Below, one piece after another: positions 10,109 to 19,548 of a stretch of DNA of 28,677 nt. The notes under the pieces are model-generated. The model saw only the letters and a program-made list of their open reading frames with translations. It made no database searches and had not been told where the DNA came from. Numbering within the stretch: the first letter of the stretch is position 1; each line of letters opens with the position of its first letter. The stretch is taken from positions 1 through 28,677 of the forward strand of contig JBBQQV010000001.1 in assembly GCA_038215505.1 (NCBI GenBank), in the 5' to 3' direction. Made by a program: the position numbers and the translations under genes. Source of the stretch: Lysobacterales bacterium (GTDB taxonomy: Bacteria; Pseudomonadota; Gammaproteobacteria; Xanthomonadales; Xanthomonadaceae).

Positions 10109-10183
10109 TTTTTCTTGGGTTGATTGGTTTTGCGAACGGAGTTGTTCGAGTGGATGGTGTCTTGGGACGCCACCGCGGAGTTG

Positions 10184-10202
10184 GCCGGAATCCGGCTTTT
10201 TT
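10184..10202 (+). terminator. Short intrinsic terminator downstream of engB
   Basis: GCCGG-AAT-CCGGC followed by TTTTTT. Confidence 0.5.
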
Positions 10203-10404
10203 CGCTTCAACCGCCACTAACTTGCTTCGAGGCCGGGTTGCGTCCGTCTAGGCGGACGAAATCGCGCCTCGAAGTTGATTCAGGGCAGGTGCAGCGTGAA
10301 AAACCAGTTTCCGCGCTTCCCCGGAATACAAAACACAACGCGGTGGCGGTCGCTCGCACAACCGGCCGCCGCCGCAAACACCCGCGCGCGTGATCGCGCC
10401 AAAA

Positions 10405-11346
10405 CTACCGCTTCTGCGTCGACTCCAAATACCGATAAAACTCCGATTGCGAGTCGATCATGAGTGTCGTGTTCTCGCCCATGCTCTTGTAAGTCTCCAG
10501 CGTGCGCAAAAAGGCGAAAAACTCAGGATCGGCACCGAATGATTCGCCGTAGATCTTGGTGGCTTCGCCGTCGGCTTTGCCGCGAATCTCGGCGGCTTGG
10601 CGCTCGGCTTCGGAGGTGATGGTGCGCAGTTCGCGCTCCATTTGCCCGAGGATTTCCTGACTGCGGCCTTGGCCCTCCGAGCGGAAGCGCTCGGCAATGC
10701 TCTGCCGTTCGGACACCATTCGCGATTCCACTTGCCGGCGCACGCTGTCGATGTAGTTGATGCGTTTGATGCGCACATCAACCAGCTCAATTCCGAGCTC
10801 GACTACGCGTGGTTGCGCGGCCGCCAACATCTCTTGCTCCAGGCGTTCACGACCCTTCTTGGGCTTGTCGAGATCCACATCGGCGCGAGCAATGCCTTCT
10901 TCTTCCAGATCCTTGACGTCGACATTCCAGTCGCGCGAGCGGACGATTTCTTCAAGGTCGGTGCCGGACACGATGTCACGCACGGTGGAGTCGATGATGT
11001 CATCCAAGCGGGTGCGCGCGCCCTGCTCATCACGCACCGAGCGCAGGAACTGCAAAGGGTCCTTGATGCGCCACCGGGCGGTGGTATCGACCAGCACGAA
11101 CTAGCGGCCCAAGGTCGGTATCTGGCTGACATCGCCGTCCCAGCCAATTAGACGCTTGTCGTAGCGGCGTACTTCCTGCACGAACGGCTTCTTCCAGTGC
11201 AGGCCAGGCGTGGTGACGACATCGCCAACGGGCTCACCCAGTTGCACGATGATGCCTTGCTCTGCCTGGTCGATAACGTAGGCCGCATCGGAAAGCACGA
11301 ACGCCGCCAGCGCCAAGCCGCCAAGCAGAAGTGGGGTAAGTTTCAT
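10405..11346 (-). pseudogene. hflC: HflC (SPFH protease modulator) interrupted by one in-frame TAG at 11101-11103
   Basis: ORFs 11101..11376 and 10405..11097 share a frame: MKLTPLLLGG...PGLHWKKPF...QIPTLGR*FVLVDTTARWRI...RMVSER...DPEFFAFLRTLETY; 313 codons if repaired. Confidence 0.85.
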
Positions 11347-11347
11347 C

Positions 11348-12385
11348 TCAATTCTCCTGTTTGGCCGGCTGCGCATTGCGCAGGTTAAGCAAGGGCAAGG
11401 GTGGTACTTGGCCTTTCTGCACGACCAGCACCGAGCCCACCGTCGGCAGCACGTCCTTCATGGTTTCCAGGTACATGCGCGTGCGGGTGACATCGGGGGC
11501 GACCCGATACTCGGCCAGAATCGAACGAAAACGCGCCGTCTCGCCGAGTGCCTGATTGACCCGCTCGGTGGCGTAGCCCTCGGCTTGCGAAATGACTCGA
11601 TTGGCGTTGCCGCGGGCACGCGGAATTTCCTGATTCTGTTGCTTGGTCGCCTCGTTGATCATGCGTTCGCGCTCTTGCCGCGCTTCGTTGACCTCGTTGA
11701 ACGCAGGCTGCACGGCAGCCGGCGGCACCACGTCCTGCAGTTCCACGGTGACGATCTGGATTCCGGCCTGATAGGCGTTCAGTGCCTTCTGGGTTTCGTC
11801 GCGAACAAACGACGAAATCTCGACACGCCCCGTGGTCAGCACCTCGCTGCCCAAGCGATTGCCCACGGCGCGGCGCATCACCGATTCGGTGATGTCACGG
11901 AGTGTTCCAGTCGGCTCGCGCATCGAGTACAGAAACAACATGGGATCGGAAATGCGGTACTGGACCACCCATTCGACATCGATGATATTGAGGTCGCCAG
12001 ACAGCATCAGCGACTCATCCGGAAAGTCTTCCTGGGAGTATTCGGTGCGCTCGCCGATGTTCGACGTGCGAAAGCCAAACTCCTGCTTCAGCACGCGCTC
12101 GGTGGCGACAAACTGCACCTGATCGATGCCAAACGGCAGTTTGAAATGCAGGCCAGGATCGCTGACTTTGCTGACCGCGCCAAAGCGTTTGACGACCGCG
12201 CGCTCTTCCGGTTGCACGGTGTAGTAGCTGCTGAGCATGCCCCACAATCCAAGGATGCCGACCGCGATTGCGCCAAATGCAAATCCGGGCAGCTTGGGAA
12301 CGGTCGTCGGTGGTCTAGCCCCGCTTCCGACAGCGTTGGAAAACACGGCAAATAGCGGGTTGCGCCCGCTTCGGGTTTGCGCCAT
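11348..12385 (-). CDS. hflK: HflK (SPFH protease modulator)
   Basis: DPGLHFKLPFGID, SLMLSGDLNIIDVEWVVQYRI, VELQDVVPP, VTRTRMYLETM; AGGAG upstream of ATG 12385; stop 1 nt before the hflC start. Confidence 0.93.
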   Translation of the reverse strand: MAQTRSGRNPLFAVFSNAVGSGARPPTTVPKLPGFAFGAIAVGILGLWGMLSSYYTVQPEERAVVKRFGAVSKVSDPGLHFKLPFGIDQVQFVATERVLKQEFGFRTSNIGERTEYSQEDFPDESLMLSGDLNIIDVEWVVQYRISDPMLFLYSMREPTGTLRDITESVMRRAVGNRLGSEVLTTGRVEISSFVRDETQKALNAYQAGIQIVTVELQDVVPPAAVQPAFNEVNEARQERERMINEATKQQNQEIPRARGNANRVISQAEGYATERVNQALGETARFRSILAEYRVAPDVTRTRMYLETMKDVLPTVGSVLVVQKGQVPPLPLLNLRNAQPAKQEN

Positions 12386-12483
12386 GACAGCCTCTCCTGG
12401 ATATGACAGTGGGCGCAGCTTACCCGCTGCGAGACGTCCGCATGACGGCACCCGGTGCATTGTGTGACCGCGGCTGCTTCCAG

Positions 12484-13164
12484 CTAGCCGTCGTCTACGT
12501 GCCGGGTCGGATCCAGCACATCGAGTCGACGCAACAGCAGGCCGGCTTGAGTCCGATTGCGCACGCCCAGTTTTTCGAAGATCACGCTGATGTGCGCCTT
12601 GACCGTGCGCTCGCTGATGGCCAACGTATCCGCGATCTGCTTGTTCAAGCGGCCTTGGCTAATTCGCTCCAGCACGCGAAACTGCTGCGGTGTCAGGCTG
12701 GCCAATCGTGCGGACAAGGCGCGATCCTGATCCGCCTCCGAAATCGGGCCCTTGTTCGGAAGGCTGTGGCTGGATGTGCCACGCGGCGGCCACGTTTCGC
12801 AGGCGAGCAATGCCTTCAGCGCCGCTTGCAGTTCGCCCATATCGGCGCGCTTGGGAATGAAGCCTGCTGCCCCATAAGTGAACGCGCGAGCCACCGTCAG
12901 CGAATCATCGTGTGCCGAGATCATTGCCACCGCGACGCCGGGAAACTCGGCACGCAATGCTGCCAATCCCATCAGCCCGAAACTGTCGGGCATGTGCAGA
13001 TCCAGCAACACCAGGTCGATGCCGGGGTTCGCCAGCAAGCAGGCGCGCGTCGATGCCAGGCTGTCCGCCTCATCCACCTGTGCATCTGCCAATAAGCCGC
13101 GCACCGCTTGCGTCAGCGCCAAGCGATACAGGGGGTGGTCATCGGCGATCAACAAGTGCGTCAT
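12484..13164 (-). CDS. REC + LuxR-HTH response regulator, CrbR/ErdR-like
   Basis: LIADDHPLYR, LLDLHMP (phospho-Asp), GFIPK, LTPQQFRVL..GRLNKQIADTLAISERTVKAH. Confidence 0.88.
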   Translation of the reverse strand: MTHLLIADDHPLYRLALTQAVRGLLADAQVDEADSLASTRACLLANPGIDLVLLDLHMPDSFGLMGLAALRAEFPGVAVAMISAHDDSLTVARAFTYGAAGFIPKRADMGELQAALKALLACETWPPRGTSSHSLPNKGPISEADQDRALSARLASLTPQQFRVLERISQGRLNKQIADTLAISERTVKAHISVIFEKLGVRNRTQAGLLLRRLDVLDPTRHVDDG

Positions 13165-13292
13165 AACTGAAAGACTACTCGTTGCCGACAGCACGGCGAA
13201 AGCGAGTTGTAGTCGCTGGCGACCATGCGGATGCAAACGAATGCATGTTTCGCGGACATCGAAGCCGTGCGTCACGATGTAATCTTGCCCGC

Positions 13293-16076
13293 ATGAGCCC
13301 AATCCCTTCTGCGGCCGCCAGCGCCGAGCGCAGTCGCCTGCGCGAAATTGAATTGCCGTCAACCGATCAGCCGCTGCGCGAGGACGTCAATCGTCTGGGC
13401 GGCTTGGTTGGTGAAGTGATCGCGGAACAGGAAGGCGCAGTATTTTTTGATGAAGTCGAGCGGCTGCGGCGGGCCGCCATTTTGCGACGCGAGGCCGAAG
13501 CGCCAGCCGCTGCGTTGGCGCGCGAGTTGGCCGGACGCCCCTTGCCTGAAGCCGAGGCCTTGGTGCGCGCATTTTCGACCTGGTTCGGCGCGGTGAATAT
13601 CGCTGAACGCGTACATCGCATCCGGCGTCGACGCGAATATGAAAAGAGTGGCTCGGCGGCACAACCGGGCAGCATGTGCGCGGTGGTCAACGCGCTGCGC
13701 TTGGAAGGCGTGACAACGGCCGAGTTTGCGACGCTGCTGTCGAGGCTGCGCATCGAGCCGGTGTTCACCGCCCACCCCACTGAGGCCGTCAGGCGCGCCC
13801 TGCTCGAGAAAGAACGCGAGATCGTGCGTTGCCTCGTCGACGATCTCGACCGCACGCGCACGCCGCAGGAACGCGCCAGCGACCGCGAGCGCATGCGCAC
13901 GGCGCTCACGTCCGGCTGGCAGACATCGGAAAGCGCACCGACCAGTCCCACCGTCGCGGATGAGTTGGAGCATGTCAGTTTTTATCTGACCGATGTGCTG
14001 TATCGCGTGCTGCCCGCGTTTATCGAGTCCTTGCACGTGGCGCTCGGGGCGGACGCGCGCGCGCTGCCGCCGGCACCGCTAAGGTTTGGCTCGTGGGTGG
14101 GCGGCGACATGGATGGCAACCCCAACGTGGGTGCCGACACCATGACCGCCGCGTTGGACTCGCAGCGCAGTTTGGTGATCGCCGCCTATCGCGGTGATCT
14201 TGCCCGCTTGTCGAGCTTGCTCAGTCAGTCCATTGAGCGCGTTGCCGTCGCGCCAAGTATTCACACCCTGATCGCCGACTATTCCGCACGGCTTCCGCGC
14301 ACCGCCGCTAGGCTCAAAGCACGGCATGGCTCGATGCCGTATCGGCAGCTGCTGGCGCTGATGAGTGCGCGGCTGAGCGCAACGCTGAAAGAGTCGGAAG
14401 TCGATTCAAACAATCTTGATGCCGATACATCGCCGCGTGCCGGCTATCGGAACCCGGCCGAATTTCGCGCCGATTTGCAGCGGGTCTATGAGAGCTTGAT
14501 CGCGCATCGCGGCGGGCATGCGGGTGCTTTTTCGGTGCAACGCGTGCTGCGCAAGATCGACGCTTTCGGATTCCATCTGGCCACGCTGGATCTGCGCCAG
14601 GACTCGCGTGCTCACGACGATGCACTGGCGGATTTGCTTGCCGATCCTGCATGGCCACAACGACCGGCTGAGCAGCGCGTCGAGCGTCTCACCAAGCTGT
14701 GGCAAGGCAGCGACAGTGCCACCAATCCTGACGCTGAATCGGCGCAACGGGTGCTGGATGTGTTCCGCGCGCGGGCGCGTCTGCGGCAGCGCGATGGCGA
14801 ACGCGCGTTCGGGCCGTACATCGTCAGCATGAGTCGCAGTGCGGCCGATGCACTGGCGGTGTTGGCGCTGGCCAAGATAGCCGGCGATGTCGACGGCCTG
14901 GGCCGCACACCCATCGATGTCACCCCACTGTTTGAGACGGTCGACGATCTGGACGCCGCACCCGACGTGCTACGGCAGTTGCTGGCCGACCCGGCGTACA
15001 GCGCTCATTTACGCGCTCGCGGCGATCAGCAGATCGTCATGCTTGGCTATTCCGATAGCGCCAAAGACGCTGGTCTGTTGGCCTCGCGCTGGGCGATCCA
15101 GCGCTGCCAAGTGGCGCTGGTGAGCTTGGCGCGGGAAGCCAATATCCAATTGACGTTTTTTCATGGTCGCGGCGGCTCGGCCAGTCGCGGTGGTGGCAAG
15201 ACCGAGCGCGCCGTGATCGCCGCACCGCGCGGATCGGTGGATGGTCGCCTGCGTTTGACCGAACAGGGCGAGGTCATTCACCGCAAGTACGGCATCCGCG
15301 CCTTGGCGCTGCGCAATCTTGAGCAAGCCACCGGCGCGGTGATTCGTGCCTCCTTGCGCCCGCGCCCGCCCGAACCACGCGAAGCGCGTTGGCGCGAGCT
15401 GGCGACTGAGTTGGCGCAACATTCGCGTGACGTTTACCGCGAACTGGTGCACGACCGCGCCGGCTTCGTCGACTACTTCCGCCAAGCCACACCCATCGAT
15501 GTCATCGAACGCCTCAAGCTGGGTTCGCGTCCTTCAAAGCGTGCCGCCGGCGGCCAAGCGGGTGCGCAGTCTTTGCGCGCAATTCCGTGGGTGTTTGCGT
15601 GGTCGCAGAACCGCTCGGGGCTGACGGCGTGGTACGGCGTCGGCAGCGCCCTTGCCATGGCCATCGAGCGCGAAGGCCTGGCAGCGATCACCGAGATGGC
15701 CAGCGATTGGCCGTTTTTCACCACCCTGATCGACGACATGGAGATGGTATTGGCGAAGTGCGACATGGGCATCTTCGAGGTTTACTCCAAACTGGCAGGC
15801 GATTCCCATCGTGCGTTCTTTCCGGGCATCGCCGACGAGTTCCGGCGTACCCGCGAAGCGGTTTTGGCCATCCGCAATGAAGAAGAATTGTTGGCTGGCG
15901 ATCGCCGCCTCGCTCTGTCGATTCGCCTGCGCAATCCTTATGTCGATCCCATCAGCCTGCTGCAGGTCGACCTGCTGCGTCGCTGGCGCAAAGCTGACCG
16001 TCCCGACGACGCCCTGCTGCACGCGCTGATGGCGACCGTGAATGGGATTGCGGCGGGAGTGCAGAACACGGGCTGA
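13293..16076 (+). CDS. ppc: Phosphoenolpyruvate carboxylase
   Basis: VFTAHPTE, GGDMDGNP, MLGYSDSAKD, FHGRGGSASRGG, LRAIPWVFAW, LRNPYVDP, C-terminal QNTG. Confidence 0.96.
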   Translation: MSPIPSAAASAERSRLREIELPSTDQPLREDVNRLGGLVGEVIAEQEGAVFFDEVERLRRAAILRREAEAPAAALARELAGRPLPEAEALVRAFSTWFGAVNIAERVHRIRRRREYEKSGSAAQPGSMCAVVNALRLEGVTTAEFATLLSRLRIEPVFTAHPTEAVRRALLEKEREIVRCLVDDLDRTRTPQERASDRERMRTALTSGWQTSESAPTSPTVADELEHVSFYLTDVLYRVLPAFIESLHVALGADARALPPAPLRFGSWVGGDMDGNPNVGADTMTAALDSQRSLVIAAYRGDLARLSSLLSQSIERVAVAPSIHTLIADYSARLPRTAARLKARHGSMPYRQLLALMSARLSATLKESEVDSNNLDADTSPRAGYRNPAEFRADLQRVYESLIAHRGGHAGAFSVQRVLRKIDAFGFHLATLDLRQDSRAHDDALADLLADPAWPQRPAEQRVERLTKLWQGSDSATNPDAESAQRVLDVFRARARLRQRDGERAFGPYIVSMSRSAADALAVLALAKIAGDVDGLGRTPIDVTPLFETVDDLDAAPDVLRQLLADPAYSAHLRARGDQQIVMLGYSDSAKDAGLLASRWAIQRCQVALVSLAREANIQLTFFHGRGGSASRGGGKTERAVIAAPRGSVDGRLRLTEQGEVIHRKYGIRALALRNLEQATGAVIRASLRPRPPEPREARWRELATELAQHSRDVYRELVHDRAGFVDYFRQATPIDVIERLKLGSRPSKRAAGGQAGAQSLRAIPWVFAWSQNRSGLTAWYGVGSALAMAIEREGLAAITEMASDWPFFTTLIDDMEMVLAKCDMGIFEVYSKLAGDSHRAFFPGIADEFRRTREAVLAIRNEEELLAGDRRLALSIRLRNPYVDPISLLQVDLLRRWRKADRPDDALLHALMATVNGIAAGVQNTG

Positions 16077-16146
16077 GTCGCAAACTGCTTTGGCTTTACA
16101 AACCGCAATCGATTTGCGCGGCCGTCAACTGCATCCGTCGACACGC

Positions 16147-19100
16147 TTAGCGGTTGCCCAACCTTGCCAACAGCGACTTCAACGCCAGTGGTTTGATCGG
16201 TTTGTGTAGCAGCCACGCGCCGGCGGCCTCGACTTCGCGGCGCACGGCTTCGCTGTGGTCGGCGGTAATGATGGCGGCGGGAATGTCGCCGAGCATGGCT
16301 CGCAGCTTGCCAAGCAAAGCGACGCCAGTGGCATCGCCGTCAAGGTGGTAGTCCAACAACATCAATGCGGGCTTGTTGGCGGCGACGATGCTGAAGGCGG
16401 CCACCGGTGAAGCAGCGGCCAGCACCTCACAACCCCAACTGCTGAGCAATCCCTGCATGGCGGCCAGCACGCCGGCGTCGTTGTCGACCACCAGAATGCG
16501 TTGCAGGATGGGTTCGTCAATCACCTCACGCACCGTGCTTGCGGCGATCTGCTGCGCCGCGCAGGCGGGCACGCTGATGGCAAAGCAGGAGCCGCGCCCT
16601 GGCACCGAATAGAGGTTGATCGGATGGCGAAGCAGCTGCGCGAGGCGTTCGGCAATCGACAATCCGAGCCCCAGTCCTTGGCCTCCGTGGCGCAAACGCC
16701 GGAACTCTTCGAAAATAATGGTTTGATCCGCGATCTCGATGCCCGGCCCACTGTCCCAGACTTCAATGCGGAGCTGCTGACCGCGCCGCCGAACGCCGAG
16801 CAAGACTCCGCCGTCCTTGGTGTAGCGCACCGCGTTGGCAAGAAAGTTCTGCAGGATTCGACGCAACAATTGGGGGTCGGTATTGGCCCACAGACGACAG
16901 GGTGATGCACGAAACCGCAGGCCTTTCTCTTCGGCCAGAATTCGAAACTCGGCAGTGAGTGGTGCCAGCAGATCGTTGATCGGAAAGGGCGCAACCGTCG
17001 GCGACAGTCCGCCAGCATCCAGTCGGGAAATATCCAGCAGGCCGCCAAGCAGGTTCTCGGCGGCTGCCAGCGAGCCTTCGACCTGGCTGCCCAGCGCGCG
17101 TTGCCGGGTTTCCAGCAGTTGCTGGGTCAAGGTGTGGGCGAACAAGCGCGCCGCATTCAAGGGCTGCGCGAGATCATGGCTGACGGCGGCAAGGAACCGT
17201 GTCTTGTCGCGACTGGCGCGTTGCGCGGCCGCACTGGCCTGGGCCAATTCGGTGGTCCGATCGGTCACCCGTTGTTCCAGCGTCTCGGCGATGCCTTTCA
17301 GCTCATCCTCGGTGCGGCGGAAGTCGGTGACATCGGTAAAAGTGGCGACAAATCCGCCGCCGGGCATGGGGTTGCCACGGATCTCAATGATCGCGCCATC
17401 GGCAAATCGACGTTCACTCAAATGCGGCGTGCCGGCACGCATGTGCAGCAATCGTCGCTGCACTTCGGATTCGATATCGGCGTCGGCGGCCATCATGTCG
17501 CGTAACGCGAATCTGGCGAGGTCAGCCACCGGTTGCCCGACCTGCAGCAGTTCCGGCGGAAAGCCAAAGCGCTCGGCGTAGCGCTTGTTCCACGCCACCA
17601 GGCGCAGCTGTCCGTCGACCACGCTGATGCCTTGCGACATGTTCTCTAGCGCCGCTTCCAGCACTGTCTGCGAGAAACGCGCCGCCTGCGCGGCCTCGCC
17701 GACCAAGGTCGCCACTTCATCGAGTTGGCGTCCACTGCCGCGGCGCGCGGCATCCAGCAGCAAGCGTGTGGATGCGGCGCCGAGCACGGCGGTAAGTGCA
17801 TGACTGACGCGATCTTCGAGCGTGCGGGTTGGCTCGTTCTCGGCGACGAAAACGCGCTGTAATCGATCCTCGCTCAGAAACCGACCGGCCACTGCGCGCA
17901 GGGCATCGGCACTCATCGGCTGGCCTGCCGCAAGCGGCGTCCGCGCCGGTGCGAAACGGGCGACCAGCGAGAGCACCGCGATATTGCCAGCCAGGCTCAC
18001 CCACACCGCGCGTGACAGCGGATCCAGATCCTGCAGGCCAAATAGCGAGGCCGGAGCCAGCCAAGCCACACCCAACGGCCCGTGCAACGTCCAACCGCCG
18101 CCATCACTCAACAGCGGAGCAATCAAGACGTAGGCCCAGATGCAAAAGCCGACCACGAGTCCCGAGCCGACCGCGCGTGCTGGCCATTGCGGTTTCCAGA
18201 TACCCAGCAGTACCGCCGGCGTCAGCTGAGCTAGCGCCGAAAACGACTGTGCGCCGATGTCGGCCAAGGCGTCCAGGCCGCCCAAAAGGCGCGAATAGCC
18301 GTAGCCCAGACCAAGCACCAGGGCGATGCCAGCGCGTCGTTGCCAGCGTACGTCCGCCAGCCAGCGGCGTGGTGCCGAGTTCGGGCGCGTCCAGTCCTGT
18401 GCCGACCACTCGCCGCGCAGCAGCAGCGGCGTGACCCAGTGATTGCCCAGCATGATGCTGAGCGACAAACTCGCTAGGATCACCATGCCGGTGGCGGCAC
18501 TCAACCCGCCCAGAAACGCGAGCAGGGTGAGCGCATGTTGCTGATGCAACAACGGCAACCCAAGCACGAACAGATCTGACGGCAAGCCAAGCGCGCCAAG
18601 TTCCAATTGGCCGGCGCGCGCCAACGGCCATACCGGCAAGCTGATCAACAACAGGAACAGCGGAAACAGCCAGCGCGCGTTGCGCAGGTGACGGGCATCG
18701 CGACACTCGACGACGCCGACATGAAACTGGTGCGGCAAGGTCAGCATCGCCATCGCGCCGAGCGCGACCAAGGTGAAGTAAGCGATGGGTTGGCTGGACG
18801 TGGCTTTCACGGCTTGGCTTGCCCACGCGGCTTGCAGTACCGCAGGGCTGCCATACAGGACAAACACCACGAAACCACCCACGGCGAGCATGGCGGTGAG
18901 TTTGAACACTGCCTCGAATGCCATCGCCAGAACGAGACCGCGATTGCCCTCATCCGAGGCGGTACGCCGGGTGCCAAACAGCATCGCGAACATCGCCATC
19001 AACAGTGCGACATACAGCGCGCTGTCTTGCCAAGCGGGCGGTTGCTCGCCGCTGGCGACCAAGGTTGAAAAGCTCATCGCCACGGCTTTCAACTGCAGTG

Positions 19101-19491
19101 CGATGTAAGGAACCATGCCGACCAAGGCAACAAACGTGACCAACGCCGCCAAGCCGCTGCTCTTGCCACAGCGACTGGCGATGAAGTCGGCGACCGAGGT
19201 CGCATTGACCGACTTCGCCACCGCGATCAGTCGCTGCAGTAACGGCAGCGCCAGCACATACAGGGCGATGGTCCCCAGAAAGGTCGGTGGCAACCACCAG
19301 CCGTTGCGAACGCCTTGGGTGACGGTGCCGTAGAACGTCCACGAGGTGCAGTAAGTCGCCAGCGACAGCGCATACACCACACCGGCACTGCGATCCAGCA
19401 AAGGCGCGCGGCGTTCGCCGAAAACGGCGACGGCAAACAGCAGGCCCAGCCAAAGCAGGGCCGCGACAGCGACGCCGGTCAGCGTCAACAC
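16147..19491 (-). CDS. crbS: CrbS/MxtR-type hybrid sensor kinase (SLC5-like membrane domain, PAS, HisKA, HATPase, REC)
   Basis: YCTSWTFYG, PYIALQLKA, PHQFHVGVVE (SLC5-like); LENMSQGISVVD PAS; H-box SHDLAQPLNAA; N-box NFLANAVRYT; G-boxes DSGPGI and GLGLGL; REC VVDND..LLDYHL..KP. Confidence 0.9.
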   Translation of the reverse strand: MLTLTGVAVAALLWLGLLFAVAVFGERRAPLLDRSAGVVYALSLATYCTSWTFYGTVTQGVRNGWWLPPTFLGTIALYVLALPLLQRLIAVAKSVNATSVADFIASRCGKSSGLAALVTFVALVGMVPYIALQLKAVAMSFSTLVASGEQPPAWQDSALYVALLMAMFAMLFGTRRTASDEGNRGLVLAMAFEAVFKLTAMLAVGGFVVFVLYGSPAVLQAAWASQAVKATSSQPIAYFTLVALGAMAMLTLPHQFHVGVVECRDARHLRNARWLFPLFLLLISLPVWPLARAGQLELGALGLPSDLFVLGLPLLHQQHALTLLAFLGGLSAATGMVILASLSLSIMLGNHWVTPLLLRGEWSAQDWTRPNSAPRRWLADVRWQRRAGIALVLGLGYGYSRLLGGLDALADIGAQSFSALAQLTPAVLLGIWKPQWPARAVGSGLVVGFCIWAYVLIAPLLSDGGGWTLHGPLGVAWLAPASLFGLQDLDPLSRAVWVSLAGNIAVLSLVARFAPARTPLAAGQPMSADALRAVAGRFLSEDRLQRVFVAENEPTRTLEDRVSHALTAVLGAASTRLLLDAARRGSGRQLDEVATLVGEAAQAARFSQTVLEAALENMSQGISVVDGQLRLVAWNKRYAERFGFPPELLQVGQPVADLARFALRDMMAADADIESEVQRRLLHMRAGTPHLSERRFADGAIIEIRGNPMPGGGFVATFTDVTDFRRTEDELKGIAETLEQRVTDRTTELAQASAAAQRASRDKTRFLAAVSHDLAQPLNAARLFAHTLTQQLLETRQRALGSQVEGSLAAAENLLGGLLDISRLDAGGLSPTVAPFPINDLLAPLTAEFRILAEEKGLRFRASPCRLWANTDPQLLRRILQNFLANAVRYTKDGGVLLGVRRRGQQLRIEVWDSGPGIEIADQTIIFEEFRRLRHGGQGLGLGLSIAERLAQLLRHPINLYSVPGRGSCFAISVPACAAQQIAASTVREVIDEPILQRILVVDNDAGVLAAMQGLLSSWGCEVLAAASPVAAFSIVAANKPALMLLDYHLDGDATGVALLGKLRAMLGDIPAAIITADHSEAVRREVEAAGAWLLHKPIKPLALKSLLARLGNR

Positions 19492-19548
19492 GTAAGGGGA
19501 GGGATCGAGTGCACGCGGCGACTATAGCCGGCTAGCCAGGGCCGCCGT

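Noticed and set aside
10216-10290. Integron attC site
   Set aside because: CTAAC and GTT are present, but the core sites do not fit RYYYAAC/GTTRRRY, there is no spacer between the stem and GTT, and no integrase or cassette array is nearby.
11101-11103. Genome-wide TAG recoding or pyrrolysine
   Set aside because: TAG serves as the normal stop for engB, the response regulator, the 633-aa TPR gene and the OmpA-family gene in this window.
13165-13292. Exact CrbR box in the ppc promoter
   Set aside because: No GAC-N4-GTC (the core as I recall it, unverified) is present; only more widely spaced half-sites, reported as a hairpin.
14098-14127. PEPC GGDMDGNP instead of GGDRDGNP as a sign of inactivation
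   Set aside because: All other catalytic motifs are intact, and I recall this variant in related bacteria; not evidence of loss of function.
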